This document shows positions 19,963-29,418 of a stretch of DNA of 49,635 nt, in pieces; the first letter of the stretch is position 1; the number at the start of each line of letters is the position of its first letter. Under the pieces are notes generated by a model that was given only the letters and a program-made list of their open reading frames with translations, was not told where the DNA came from and made no database searches. Both the position numbers and the translations under genes were made by a program. The DNA comes from a virus (taxonomy: Duplodnaviria; Caudoviricetes). The stretch is taken from positions 1 to 49,635 of IMG/VR virus record IMGVR_UViG_3300025120_014607; one strand, given 5' to 3'.

Positions 19963-20726
19963 TGCCTACAGTTTTAATAAATCAACCAGCAGGATTAGGA
20001 GACATATTATTTACTATAAAAATAGGATGTCACTTTCATCAGCAGGGTTTAAGAGTAATTTGGCCTATTTCTCCTTCTTATAAATGTTTAGAAAATAAAA
20101 TAAAAACAAATCACATTGAATTTTATTCTTTGGATGATTCTTTTCCTTTTAAAGAAGAATTCGAAAGTCTTAGTTCTTCTAATATTTCTGAAGTTACATT
20201 GTATCAAAAAAAAATATTATATATTCCATTAACCAGAGGTTTTCATTCTAAAGCTGCAAAATTAATAAATGGATATGAAAAATCTAACATGTTCGGCAAA
20301 TATGCTATGTGTGGTTTACAACCTTCTAATTGGCAAAATTATTTTTCTTTGAATAGAGACAAAGAAAAAGAAGATAAACTTTTTTCTGAATTGAAAATCG
20401 AAAAACCTTATCATTTAGTTAATTCACGTTTTGGAACACCTCCTCAATGGGAAGTTTATTTAAACAAGGTTGTCAAAACTCCTAGCGATTTGCAAAGAGT
20501 GGAGATAAAATTGAAGGAAAATTACAATATATTTGACTGGGCGAAAGTAATCGAAGAGGCTGCTAAAATTGACACCGTGGCTACCTCAATGCCGTTTATT
20601 TTCGAAGTTCTTAATCTTAAATGCAATCCAACCGTTCACTCTAGAAATAAAACAGGCGATGAAGCGCTAGAAAATTTTAAACTAATGAAAGAAATTTACA
20701 AGAAAAATTATAGATATGAAATATGA
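19962..20726 (+). CDS. Putative GT-B glycosyltransferase (GLGD motif, GT9/GT11-like)
   Basis: N-terminal QPAGLGDILF; C-terminal IFDWAKVIEEA..IDTVATS. Confidence 0.55.
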   Translation: MPTVLINQPAGLGDILFTIKIGCHFHQQGLRVIWPISPSYKCLENKIKTNHIEFYSLDDSFPFKEEFESLSSSNISEVTLYQKKILYIPLTRGFHSKAAKLINGYEKSNMFGKYAMCGLQPSNWQNYFSLNRDKEKEDKLFSELKIEKPYHLVNSRFGTPPQWEVYLNKVVKTPSDLQRVEIKLKENYNIFDWAKVIEEAAKIDTVATSMPFIFEVLNLKCNPTVHSRNKTGDEALENFKLMKEIYKKNYRYEI

Positions 20727-21270
20727 TGACAGCAAATATTATGAAAGCTTGTGTGAGGTCAACAAAAAAGCCTACCTTTTGTTTAAAGAACACAAGAGAG
20801 ACGCTTCGGTTTTTATTGAATGCGGATGCCATGAAGGAAACACTTGCGAAAAAGCAATTTATTTAGGATACAATGAAATTTATTCTTGCGACATTTTTTC
20901 TGATAGAGTTTTAACAACCCAGAAAAAATTAAAAAAATATAACATCCCTCACACTATCAAAACTCTTGATTCAGTGAGTTTTTTAAAGGAAACACTGCCC
21001 AAAATAAATGAAAAATCCACTTTATGGCTTGATGCTCATGGAGAAGGAGGAGGAGTTCCTCTTTTAGAAGAATTAAAAGTTATAAAAGATTATAGCAAAA
21101 TAACGTCCCATTCGATTTTAATAGATGACTTGCAAGCATATTTTAAAAACGACATAGATATAATTAAAGATAAAATTAGAGAAATTAATCCTAAATATAA
21201 ATTTAGTTTTGGTTATATTCACCACAAGCCTGACACTCACCCTGATATTCTAGTAGCTCACGCATCATGA
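20716..21270 (+). CDS. Class I SAM-dependent methyltransferase
   Basis: FIECGCHEG (motif I), SCDI, DSVSFL, LWLDAH, ILIDD. Confidence 0.75.
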   Translation: MKYDDSKYYESLCEVNKKAYLLFKEHKRDASVFIECGCHEGNTCEKAIYLGYNEIYSCDIFSDRVLTTQKKLKKYNIPHTIKTLDSVSFLKETLPKINEKSTLWLDAHGEGGGVPLLEELKVIKDYSKITSHSILIDDLQAYFKNDIDIIKDKIREINPKYKFSFGYIHHKPDTHPDILVAHAS

Positions 21271-22301
21271 AGGCCGTCATATTAAAGGAAACAAATAAAG
21301 ATTTATCTTTATGGGATTTAGAGCCTAGTCCTCCGAAGTTTGGGCAAGTTTTAGTAAAAATTTTATCTAGTGGTCTTTGTGGCGCTCAATTGCAAGAAAT
21401 TGCAGGTCTTAAGGGAAATTCACGCTTTATGCCTCATTTGCTAGGTCACGAAGGTTGCGCTATTGTGGAGGAGATCGGAGAAGGAGTCAGTAGAGTAAAA
21501 AAAGGAGACAAAGTGGTAATACATTGGCGTAAAGCAAGTGGTATTGAATCAGATTTCCCCTCTTATATTTATAAAGGTAAACAAATAACAGGAGGTAAGT
21601 CTACGACTTTATCTCAATTTTCTTTAGTCTCTGAAAACAGAGTGACTAGAGTTGATCCTGACACTAATGAAGACCTTTGCACTTTAATGGGTTGTGGTTT
21701 GTCTACGGGATTAAGCGTGGCTAACAAAGACGCAAACATAAAATTAGGAGAATCTGTTTTAATCTTGGGGGCGGGAGGAGTAGGATTAAGTTGTGCTTTA
21801 GGTTCGGTGTTTTCTAATGCTTCAAAAATCTACATGGTAGATATTAATCGCGACAAAAAAAAGTTGATAGAGTCTTTCCCGTGGGAAATTGAGTTTTTTC
21901 ATACATCTGAATTAAATAAATTATTTTCTTGCTTTGGGAAAGTAGATTGTATTATAGACACTACAGGCCACTTACCTTTAGTTTCTGATTGTTTGCCTCA
22001 TCTTTCAGATTCTGGACGTTGCATTTTAGTTGCCCAGCCTCCTCCAAATAGTCAATTAACAATTTTTGAACCGTTAAAATTTTTTCCATCCGAGGGCTTA
22101 ACTATAAAAACCTCTCAAGCTGGCGGTTTTAATCCTGATATCGATTTACCAAGGTATTTAAAATTATTCGCAAAAGATAAAAATTTGTTGAAAAAATCAA
22201 TTGACAAACTGATAACTCACCGATATAAATTATCGGAGATCAATAATGCTGTGAACTCTCTTCGCAACGAAGCAGTGGGTAGAATTATAATTGAACCATG
22301 A
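21267..22301 (+). CDS. Zn-dependent medium-chain alcohol dehydrogenase
   Basis: GLCG, GHEG, MGCGLSTG, GAGGVG Rossmann motif; structural-Zn cysteine loop absent. Confidence 0.9.
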   Translation: MKAVILKETNKDLSLWDLEPSPPKFGQVLVKILSSGLCGAQLQEIAGLKGNSRFMPHLLGHEGCAIVEEIGEGVSRVKKGDKVVIHWRKASGIESDFPSYIYKGKQITGGKSTTLSQFSLVSENRVTRVDPDTNEDLCTLMGCGLSTGLSVANKDANIKLGESVLILGAGGVGLSCALGSVFSNASKIYMVDINRDKKKLIESFPWEIEFFHTSELNKLFSCFGKVDCIIDTTGHLPLVSDCLPHLSDSGRCILVAQPPPNSQLTIFEPLKFFPSEGLTIKTSQAGGFNPDIDLPRYLKLFAKDKNLLKKSIDKLITHRYKLSEINNAVNSLRNEAVGRIIIEP

Positions 22302-23509
22302 CTACACAAAAAAACTGGACCAAAAAAGACTTAATTGATTTTGAAAATGAAATTGGTGAACTCTATATGGACAATAAGTTACCTTTTTTGTTTCACCTTT
22401 CAGGTGGCAATGAAGAGCAATTGATAGAGATTTTTAAAGACATTAAAGAAGGAGATTATGTGATTTCAAATCATAGAAGTCACTATCACGCTTTGTTACA
22501 TGGGATTCCCCCTGAAACTGTTAAAGAAAGAATATTAGATGGAAGAAGCATGTTTATTTATGACAGAGAAAGAAATTTTTTCTGTTCTGCTATAATTGGA
22601 GGAACCCCAGCAATTGCTGCTGGTATTGCTTTAGGTTTAAAGAAAAAAGGTTCAGATAAAAAAGTCTGGTGTTTTGTGGGTGATGGGACAGAAGACAATG
22701 GACACCTATTTGAAGCAGTTCGCTATGTGGATGGCTGGGATCTTCCTTGTAAATTTGTTATAGAAAATAACAATAGATCAGTGGAGGCGACCAACGAGGA
22801 CAGATGGGGCAACGCTGCCGACTACAAGTGGGACTCTCCTTCTGTAATTAAATATTATTATGATATAACTTATCCTCATGCGAGAAAAGAAGGAATGATA
22901 GACCTATCTAAAACGGTCAAAAAAACTGACGAAGAGTATTTTCCCCCTCTTGAAACCAAGAAATACCCTGTTTGTGAAAATTTAAATTCTCGCGATATTT
23001 CCTACAAAGATGCGGTGTTGGAATCTATGACTAATTTAGGATCTGATGAAGATTTCATGTGCATAGGATATAATGTTTTACATGGCGATGCTATGGGTAC
23101 ATTAAAAAATGTTACATCTGATAAAAAAATAGAAACACCTGTTGCCGAAAATTTAATGATGGGTTTGGCTATAGGTTGTTCTTTCGAAGGATTTAGACCA
23201 ATTGTTTATTTCGAAAGACATGATTTCATGATGGTCGCTATGGACGCTATAGTTAATCATCTCGACAAAATAGAAAGAATTTCTCATGGAGAATATAAAA
23301 CTCCTATTATTATTAGAGCTATTACAGCAGATGCGGGTCCATTTTATTCAGGAATAACTCATTCTCAAGATTTTACAAAAACTCTTGAGGAGGCTGTTGA
23401 TTTTCCAGTTATTACTCCCACTACTGGGCCTGAAGTTTTACAGGCATTTAAAGGTGCTTCTGAAAGCGGGAGACCTGCAATAATTATTGAGAGAAAAAGC
23501 TTATATTAG
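22298..23509 (+). CDS. Fused ThDP-dependent enzyme: PDH E1-alpha-like plus E1-beta pyrimidine-binding domain
   Basis: HLSGGNE, SNHRSH, GDGTED...ENN ThDP motif; then ETPVAENLMMGLAIG..EGFRPIV, THSQ; no E1-beta C-terminal domain. Confidence 0.88.
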   Translation: MTTQKNWTKKDLIDFENEIGELYMDNKLPFLFHLSGGNEEQLIEIFKDIKEGDYVISNHRSHYHALLHGIPPETVKERILDGRSMFIYDRERNFFCSAIIGGTPAIAAGIALGLKKKGSDKKVWCFVGDGTEDNGHLFEAVRYVDGWDLPCKFVIENNNRSVEATNEDRWGNAADYKWDSPSVIKYYYDITYPHARKEGMIDLSKTVKKTDEEYFPPLETKKYPVCENLNSRDISYKDAVLESMTNLGSDEDFMCIGYNVLHGDAMGTLKNVTSDKKIETPVAENLMMGLAIGCSFEGFRPIVYFERHDFMMVAMDAIVNHLDKIERISHGEYKTPIIIRAITADAGPFYSGITHSQDFTKTLEEAVDFPVITPTTGPEVLQAFKGASESGRPAIIIERKSLY

Positions 23510-23510
23510 T

Positions 23511-24245
23511 ATGTCTAAAATATTAGTTATAGGAGAAAGTTGCAAAGATGTATTTCTTTATTGCAGTTCTGAAAGGCTTTGTCCAGATGTTCCAGTTCCT
23601 ATTTTAAATATACAAAAAAAAATAGAGAATGAAGGCATGGCTCAAAATGTCTACAGAAACATTAAAAATATAATTTCTTCTTGTGATATTGTAACTAATT
23701 TTAATTGGCGGGACATTAAAAAAACACGATATGTAGATGAAGCATCTAATCACATGTTTATGAGAGTAGATGATGACCATTCACAGATTCCTAAGTTAGA
23801 TCTTTCTTCTGTGGACTTTAAGTCTTATGATTTGATAGCAATTTCTGATTATAATAAGGGTTATTTAACTATCGAAGATATTTCCTATATTTGTGAAAAT
23901 CATGACAATGTTTTCTTAGACACTAAAAAAAAGCTTGATAAATGGGCAGATAAAGCTAGATTTATTAAAATAAATAATTATGAGCTACAGAGATCTTTAG
24001 ATACTATTAGTGAAATTGCTTTATCTAAAACAATTTGCACTAAAGGCGGCGATGGTTGCGACTATAATGGTGTCAACTACCCCGTAAATTCGACAGAAAT
24101 AAAAGACTCTTCAGGCGCAGGTGATACTTTTTTTGCTGCATTAGTATGTCAATTTTTAAAAAGTAACAACATTGATAAATCTATAAATTACGCCAATAAA
24201 TGCGCCAGTAAAGTGGTTGCGGAGAGGGGTGTCACTACATTATGA
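23511..24245 (+). CDS. PfkB-family sugar kinase, HldE/RfaE domain I-like (heptose-7-phosphate kinase)
   Basis: ILVIGE..D, RLCPDVPVP, KKTRY, ISDYNKG, DSSGAGDTF. Confidence 0.85.
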   Translation: MSKILVIGESCKDVFLYCSSERLCPDVPVPILNIQKKIENEGMAQNVYRNIKNIISSCDIVTNFNWRDIKKTRYVDEASNHMFMRVDDDHSQIPKLDLSSVDFKSYDLIAISDYNKGYLTIEDISYICENHDNVFLDTKKKLDKWADKARFIKINNYELQRSLDTISEIALSKTICTKGGDGCDYNGVNYPVNSTEIKDSSGAGDTFFAALVCQFLKSNNIDKSINYANKCASKVVAERGVTTL

Positions 24246-24949
24246 AAACAATAAACTTAGAAAATATAGAGATATATGAGGGACGCTCTCAAAAGAATCA
24301 GCATTGTTATATTTCTAATATTTTTAAGACAATAGGCACAACCAACAAGTATTATGTAGATATAGGCGCTTACGATGGAGTAACAAATTCAAACGTAATT
24401 GATTTAAGGTCTAATTTTGGTTGGGACGGCTTGATGATAGATAATAACGAGTCTAACAGTTCTTTGGGGCTATATAAGCACTCTGTAACAAAAGACAACA
24501 TTTGTGATTTATTTTCTAAATATAAAGTTCCTACAAATTTTGATTTTCTTTCATTAGATATAGACGGAATGGACTATTGGGTATTAGAATCTATATTAAA
24601 AAATTATAAACCTAGAGTTATTTTAGTAGAATCAAATGTCAGATTCGAACCATTAGAAAGCAAAGCCTTAAAGTATAAAGAAGATTATTGTTGGGATGGA
24701 CTCAACTGGTATGGAGCGAGTCCTTATGCATTTAAAAAACTTTCAAATAAATTTGAGTATACTCCAATTTATGTTTTACACGACGATGTTTTTATTATAG
24801 AAAATCAATCTCTTTCAGAAGAAGACATAAATAAACCTTGGGAAAAAATTTACCCTTGTTCAAATTTTGAGCTTTATAAGAGTCATACAAAAGCTCATCA
24901 TCCTTATCCAGTTAAAAATTTGCGAGAAGAAGAGTGGACGGAGGTATAA
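24242..24949 (+). CDS. FkbM-like methyltransferase
   Basis: SQ, YVDIGAYDG, SN, GWDGLMID, FDFLSLDIDGMDYW. Confidence 0.78.
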   Translation: MKTINLENIEIYEGRSQKNQHCYISNIFKTIGTTNKYYVDIGAYDGVTNSNVIDLRSNFGWDGLMIDNNESNSSLGLYKHSVTKDNICDLFSKYKVPTNFDFLSLDIDGMDYWVLESILKNYKPRVILVESNVRFEPLESKALKYKEDYCWDGLNWYGASPYAFKKLSNKFEYTPIYVLHDDVFIIENQSLSEEDINKPWEKIYPCSNFELYKSHTKAHHPYPVKNLREEEWTEV

Positions 24950-24954
24950 GAATT

Positions 24955-25785
24955 GTGAAGAGAGTAACTATAACTGGTGCTAATGGTTTCATAGGGAAAA
25001 ACTTATCTAGCTATTTAACTAGCAAGGGTTTTGAGGTCAGTAAGTTTGATATTTCTTTAGGCGATTTTGGATTGCCTGATATTTCTGGTGAAGATGCCGT
25101 AATCCATCTTGCTGCCAACCCTCTGACAACTGAAAAAAATTTAAAAAAGATTTTAAGTCAAAATTTTGAGTATTCTAAAAAACTATATAAACTTTGCGAA
25201 ACTAACGAGGTAACTTTTCAATACGCTAGTAGCGCTTCTGTTTATGGCTCCTCTAATAATTTTAATGAATCCGATTTTTGCAAACCACTAAGTCCGTATT
25301 CTTTTAGTAAATACATGTTTGACTGCTGGCTTTTAAATCAAAACTACCCCTATCAAGGTTTTAGGTATTTTAATGTCTATGGTCTTGGAGAAGAGAAAAA
25401 AGGGAATCAAGCTAGCCCTATATCAAAATTCATTAAACAAGCGCGAGAGAATAAAGAAATTATTCTTTTCGAGAACAGCGAAAATTATAAAAGAGATTTT
25501 GTTTCTGTAGACGATGTATGTGCCATTCATCATAAAATGTTAAGTTCAGAAGCTACTGGCATTTATAATATTGGAACTGGAATTGCTATTTCTTTTAAGG
25601 AAGTCGCTCAAATAATAAAAAATAAATTTAATTGTCAAATTAAAGAAATTCCTATGCCGCAGGAACTAGAGGGCCAATATCAGAAGTTTACGCAAGCAGA
25701 CAATACAAAACTTTTAAAGGTTGTGGGGGAGCATAAGTGGGAATCTATAAACGAATATTTATTTAAAATAGCAAATTATTTATAA
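24955..25785 (+). CDS. hldD: ADP-L-glycero-D-manno-heptose 6-epimerase-like SDR
   Basis: [22 protein letters not shown] (YxxxK), [25 protein letters not shown]; GTG start at 24955 after GGAGG. Confidence 0.82.
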   Translation: MKRVTITGANGFIGKNLSSYLTSKGFEVSKFDISLGDFGLPDISGEDAVIHLAANPLTTEKNLKKILSQNFEYSKKLYKLCETNEVTFQYASSASVYGSSNNFNESDFCKPLSPYSFSKYMFDCWLLNQNYPYQGFRYFNVYGLGEEKKGNQASPISKFIKQARENKEIILFENSENYKRDFVSVDDVCAIHHKMLSSEATGIYNIGTGIAISFKEVAQIIKNKFNCQIKEIPMPQELEGQYQKFTQADNTKLLKVVGEHKWESINEYLFKIANYL

Positions 25786-25786
25786 A

Positions 25787-26182
25787 ATGAAATTAATTTG
25801 GACCAATGGTTGTTTTGATATTCTGCATAGAGGGCATATTGAGCTTTTTAAATATGCTAAAAGTTTAGGTGATAAGCTTTTTGTGGGTATAGATTCAGAT
25901 TCTAAAGTTAAAAAAGATAAAGGTTTAGATAGACCTTTTAATAATTCTGAAGACAGAAAAGAAGTTCTTAAGTCTATCCGTCATATAGATGAAGTTTTTA
26001 TTTTTGAAAATACAGAGGAACTAAATAGTATAATCAGAAAAATATCACCAGATTTTATGGTTATAGGTTCTGACTGGAAATACAAGGAAGTAATTGGAAG
26101 CTGTTTTGCAAAAAAATTGGTGTTTTTCGATAGAATTTCTGATTATTCCACAACCAAAATACTACAATGCAAAAACCAATAA
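25787..26182 (+). CDS. Nucleotidyltransferase, HldE/RfaE domain II-like (heptose-1-phosphate adenylyltransferase)
   Basis: [13 protein letters not shown] (HxGH), GIDSD, KG..RP, YSTT. Confidence 0.88.
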   Translation: MKLIWTNGCFDILHRGHIELFKYAKSLGDKLFVGIDSDSKVKKDKGLDRPFNNSEDRKEVLKSIRHIDEVFIFENTEELNSIIRKISPDFMVIGSDWKYKEVIGSCFAKKLVFFDRISDYSTTKILQCKNQ

Positions 26183-26610
26183 TTTTTAATGCTAAGAATT
26201 CTTCTGAAACCTTTGTGAAAAAAGAATGGGGCCATGAAATTATTTTTCAAAACAATGAAAAGTATTGTGGTAAGTTGTTGGTTTTTAAAAAAGGAGCCTC
26301 TTTTTCTATGCACTACCATTTAATTAAAGATGAAACTTGGTATGTTCAGCAGGGTGAGTTTTTGTTTAGATGGATAGATACTGATTTAGGCAAATTACAT
26401 CAAAAAAAAATAACAGAAGGCGATTGTTTAAGAATATCTATAGGTCAACCTCACCAATTAGAATCTTTAACGGGAGGAACTATTTTTGAAGTTTCTACTG
26501 AACACTTTGATGAAGATTCTTACAGAGTTTGGAGGACATACAACAGCGAAGGATTCGTTTCGGGGGTTAATTTAGATCCTTCAGAGAAGCATAAATATAA
26601 CTTAGATTAA
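26167..26610 (+). CDS. Cupin (sugar-phosphate isomerase-like)
   Basis: [30 protein letters not shown]. Confidence 0.82.
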   Translation: MQKPIIFNAKNSSETFVKKEWGHEIIFQNNEKYCGKLLVFKKGASFSMHYHLIKDETWYVQQGEFLFRWIDTDLGKLHQKKITEGDCLRISIGQPHQLESLTGGTIFEVSTEHFDEDSYRVWRTYNSEGFVSGVNLDPSEKHKYNLD

Positions 26611-26611
26611 T

Positions 26612-26905
26612 ATGAAGATATATGTCGATATAGACGAAACCATTTGCTCCTATAGCACTGAAAAAAAATATCAATTAGCACTTCCTATTTATAAAAATAT
26701 AAAAAAAATAAATAAATTATTTGATGAAGGGAATAGAATAATTTATTGGACTGCTAGAGGGCAGCGCTCGAAAAAGGATTATTCAGAACTTACAATAACC
26801 CAACTTAAAGACTGGGGGTGTAAATACCATGAGGTCATTTGCAATCAAAAACCAGACTACGATTTATTAATTTGTGATAAAACAAAAAGAATCGAGGAGG
26901 TATAA
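26612..26905 (+). CDS. Minimal HAD-family phosphatase (capsule-biosynthesis type)
   Basis: VDIDETI (DxDxT), WTARG, KP.YD..I.DK. Confidence 0.8.
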   Translation: MKIYVDIDETICSYSTEKKYQLALPIYKNIKKINKLFDEGNRIIYWTARGQRSKKDYSELTITQLKDWGCKYHEVICNQKPDYDLLICDKTKRIEEV

Positions 26906-26922
26906 ACACCTAATTTTAAAAG

Positions 26923-26950
26923 TTGAGTATTTTAAAAAAACACATATAAT
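26923..26950 (+). promoter_or_regulatory. sigma70-like promoter for the GDP-sugar genes and downstream replication genes
   Basis: TTGAGT (26923-26928) - 16 bp - TATAAT (26945-26950) in an intergenic gap. Confidence 0.65.
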
Positions 26951-26968
26951 ACAAAAAATTAATAAATT

Positions 26969-27985
26969 ATGAAAAAAACAGCGTTAGTTTTAGGAGGGGG
27001 AGGATTTATCGGGGGGCATCTGGCGAAAAAGCTTAAATCAGAAGGTTATTGGGTAAGAGCTGTAGACATCAAATTACATGAATATTTTGATTGGTCAGAA
27101 ATTTGTGATGAATTTATCAAAGCTGATTTACGTGAAGAAAAAATAGTAAAAGAGTCTTTTTATCTAAATGATGAACAATCTTTTGATGAAGTTTATCAAC
27201 TAGCTGCTGACATGGGGGGTGCTGGTTATATTTTTACAGGAGATAATGACGCTGATGTTATGCATAATTCAGCTTTAATTAATCTACATGTTGCGAAACA
27301 AGCAGTTGAAACTAAGATAGGTAAAATATTTTACTCTTCATCTGCTTGCATTTATCCAGAGCACAACCAAATGGACCCAGATAATCCTAACTGCGAAGAA
27401 TCTTCAGCTTATCCCGCGAATCCAGATTCTGAATACGGTTGGGAAAAATTATTCAGTGAACGTTTATTTTTATCTTTTAACAGGAATTATGGTTTAGATG
27501 TTAGGATAGCTAGATTTCATAATATTTTTGGTCCTCAAGGAACTTGGCAAGGAGGTAAAGAAAAAGCTCCAGCAGCGATGTGTCGTAAAGTTTCTGAATG
27601 TGAAGATGGAGGGGAAATAGAAGTTTGGGGAGATGGAAAACAAACTAGATCTTTTCTTTATATTGATGAATGTCTAAAAGCTGTATCGAAGTTTATGGAT
27701 CAAGAAACTTTTTTAGGTCCAGTTAATATAGGGTCTGAAGAAATGGTTTCGATCAATGAATTAGCAGATTTATGTATAAAATCATCTGGTAAAAATATAA
27801 AAATTAAAAATCTTCATGGTCAAGAATTCGAAGAAAAATATGGACACAAATGTCCTCTTGGGGTAAAAGGAAGGAATTCTGACAATACTCTTTATAAAGA
27901 AAAAGTTGGTTGGGAATCACAAAAGTCTTTATCTAAAGGTGTTATTTCTACTTTTGAGTGGATTAATGAACAAGTTTATGATTAA
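26969..27985 (+). CDS. GDP-mannose 3,5-epimerase (GME)-like SDR
   Basis: GGGGFIG, QLAADMGGAGYI, SSSACIYP, YGWEK, RFHNIFGP, EKAPAAMCRK. Confidence 0.9.
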   Translation: MKKTALVLGGGGFIGGHLAKKLKSEGYWVRAVDIKLHEYFDWSEICDEFIKADLREEKIVKESFYLNDEQSFDEVYQLAADMGGAGYIFTGDNDADVMHNSALINLHVAKQAVETKIGKIFYSSSACIYPEHNQMDPDNPNCEESSAYPANPDSEYGWEKLFSERLFLSFNRNYGLDVRIARFHNIFGPQGTWQGGKEKAPAAMCRKVSECEDGGEIEVWGDGKQTRSFLYIDECLKAVSKFMDQETFLGPVNIGSEEMVSINELADLCIKSSGKNIKIKNLHGQEFEEKYGHKCPLGVKGRNSDNTLYKEKVGWESQKSLSKGVISTFEWINEQVYD

Positions 27986-28024
27986 TGAACAAGTTTATGA
28001 TTAATGAACAAGTTTATGATTAAT
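27961..28024 (+). repeat. Tandem repeat: 3 perfect copies plus 7 nt of the 19-bp unit GATTAATGAACAAGTTTAT
   Basis: Units at 27961, 27980, 27999 and partial at 28018; spans the GME stop and gmd start. Confidence 0.95.
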
Positions 28025-29074
28025 AATAAAAAAGTTTTAATCACTGGTGTGACTGGTCAAGATGGTAGCCTTATGGCCGACTATCTAATTAAGAACACAG
28101 AACATATTATTATAGCTGGCGCTCGCAGATTAAGTGTCAAAAACCATAAAAATATCGAACATCTCTTAGATAACAAAAGGTTTAAATTAATTGACTTAGA
28201 CATCGCAGATCAAGCTAATACAGAACAGGTTATAGCAAATGAAAAACCTGATTATTTCATAAATTTCGCGGCTAATTCTTTCGTAGGGAATAGTTGGACT
28301 CAACCAGTCAATCACATGATGACTAATTGTATGTCTATTTTGTATCAATTGGAGGCGATAAGAAAACATGTGCCTCATTGTAGATATTACAATGCTGGTA
28401 GCTCTGAAGAGTTCGGGGATGTTATAGAGACTCCACAGACAGAAGAGCACCCTTTGCGCCCTAGAAGTCCATATGGAGCCTCTAAGTGTGCTGCTAGGCA
28501 TTTGGTCAAAGTTTATAGAGATTCATATGATGTTTTCGCTATTCAAGGTTTTTTGTTTAATCACGAAGGAGTGAGAAGAGGAGAAGAGTTTGTAACTCGT
28601 AAAATCACAAAAAATGTAGCTAGAATTCTTGTTGACTACGAGATGGGCCGACCTACCAAGCCTTTACAATTGGGTAATGTAGACTCGAAAAGAGATTGGG
28701 GTGATGCCGAAGATTTCGTGGAGGGCGTATGGTTAATGCTTAATCAAGACAGAAAAAATCCAAAAGAATACGTTCTATCATCTAACGAAACTCACAGTAT
28801 TAGAGAGTTTGTGGAAGAGGCTTTTAATTTTGCTGGATTTCACAGAAGCCGATGTAAATGGAAGGGCGAAGAGCTGAACGAAAAGTATTTTCATGGTTCT
28901 GATGTTCTTGTAGAGATCAATAAAGATTTTTACAGACCAGCAGAGGTGGATTTATTACGGGGGGACTCTACTAAAGCTAGAAAAGAACTTGGTTGGGAGC
29001 CGAAAACTAATTTTTTGCAGCTTGTGAAAAAAATGGTTGACCGCGATGTAGCGGCGGTTTACCCTTATTCGTGA
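28004..29074 (+). CDS. gmd: GDP-mannose 4,6-dehydratase (start may be ATG at 28016)
   Basis: TGVTGQDG, PRSPYGASK, FNHE, FVTRKIT, LGN..KRDWG, RPAEVDLL.GD. Confidence 0.93.
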   Translation: MNKFMINNKKVLITGVTGQDGSLMADYLIKNTEHIIIAGARRLSVKNHKNIEHLLDNKRFKLIDLDIADQANTEQVIANEKPDYFINFAANSFVGNSWTQPVNHMMTNCMSILYQLEAIRKHVPHCRYYNAGSSEEFGDVIETPQTEEHPLRPRSPYGASKCAARHLVKVYRDSYDVFAIQGFLFNHEGVRRGEEFVTRKITKNVARILVDYEMGRPTKPLQLGNVDSKRDWGDAEDFVEGVWLMLNQDRKNPKEYVLSSNETHSIREFVEEAFNFAGFHRSRCKWKGEELNEKYFHGSDVLVEINKDFYRPAEVDLLRGDSTKARKELGWEPKTNFLQLVKKMVDRDVAAVYPYS

Positions 29075-29418
29075 GCAAAAAGAAGAGTCTGAATAAAAGA
29101 GAAATCTTATTTAGATTATTAGACGTTCCCGATAAAGGAAGGAGACCTTTCTTCGCTAGGGAAATGAAAATGCTTAACGATCTTTGTAATCGTTACTCGC
29201 AAGATTTCATGGCTATTGTCTACTTCGATAAGAAGTTTGACTCTTTAGCTTACCTTGTCAGCGATAAACTCAAAGAAACTCTCGACGAAAAATTCAGAGC
29301 TTTTAATTTTAAGGTTGACTTATCTAAGTATAAGACTTATGATATAGGCGAGAAGTCGGGGCAAGATAGTGATGCGCTCCGTAAAACCAAAACAATAAAA
29401 GACTTTTTAAATGAGTGA
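29071..29418 (+). CDS. Hypothetical protein
   Basis: 115-aa ORF overlapping both neighbours in an operon. Confidence 0.7.
   Translation: MSKKKSLNKREILFRLLDVPDKGRRPFFAREMKMLNDLCNRYSQDFMAIVYFDKKFDSLAYLVSDKLKETLDEKFRAFNFKVDLSKYKTYDIGEKSGQDSDALRKTKTIKDFLNE

Noticed and set aside
22298-23509. Pyruvate dehydrogenase or DXS auxiliary metabolic gene
   Set aside because: Lacks the C-terminal domain and E2/E3 or MEP partners; context is sugar biosynthesis
27961-28024. 19-bp repeats as a CRISPR array
   Set aside because: Units are directly adjacent with no spacers
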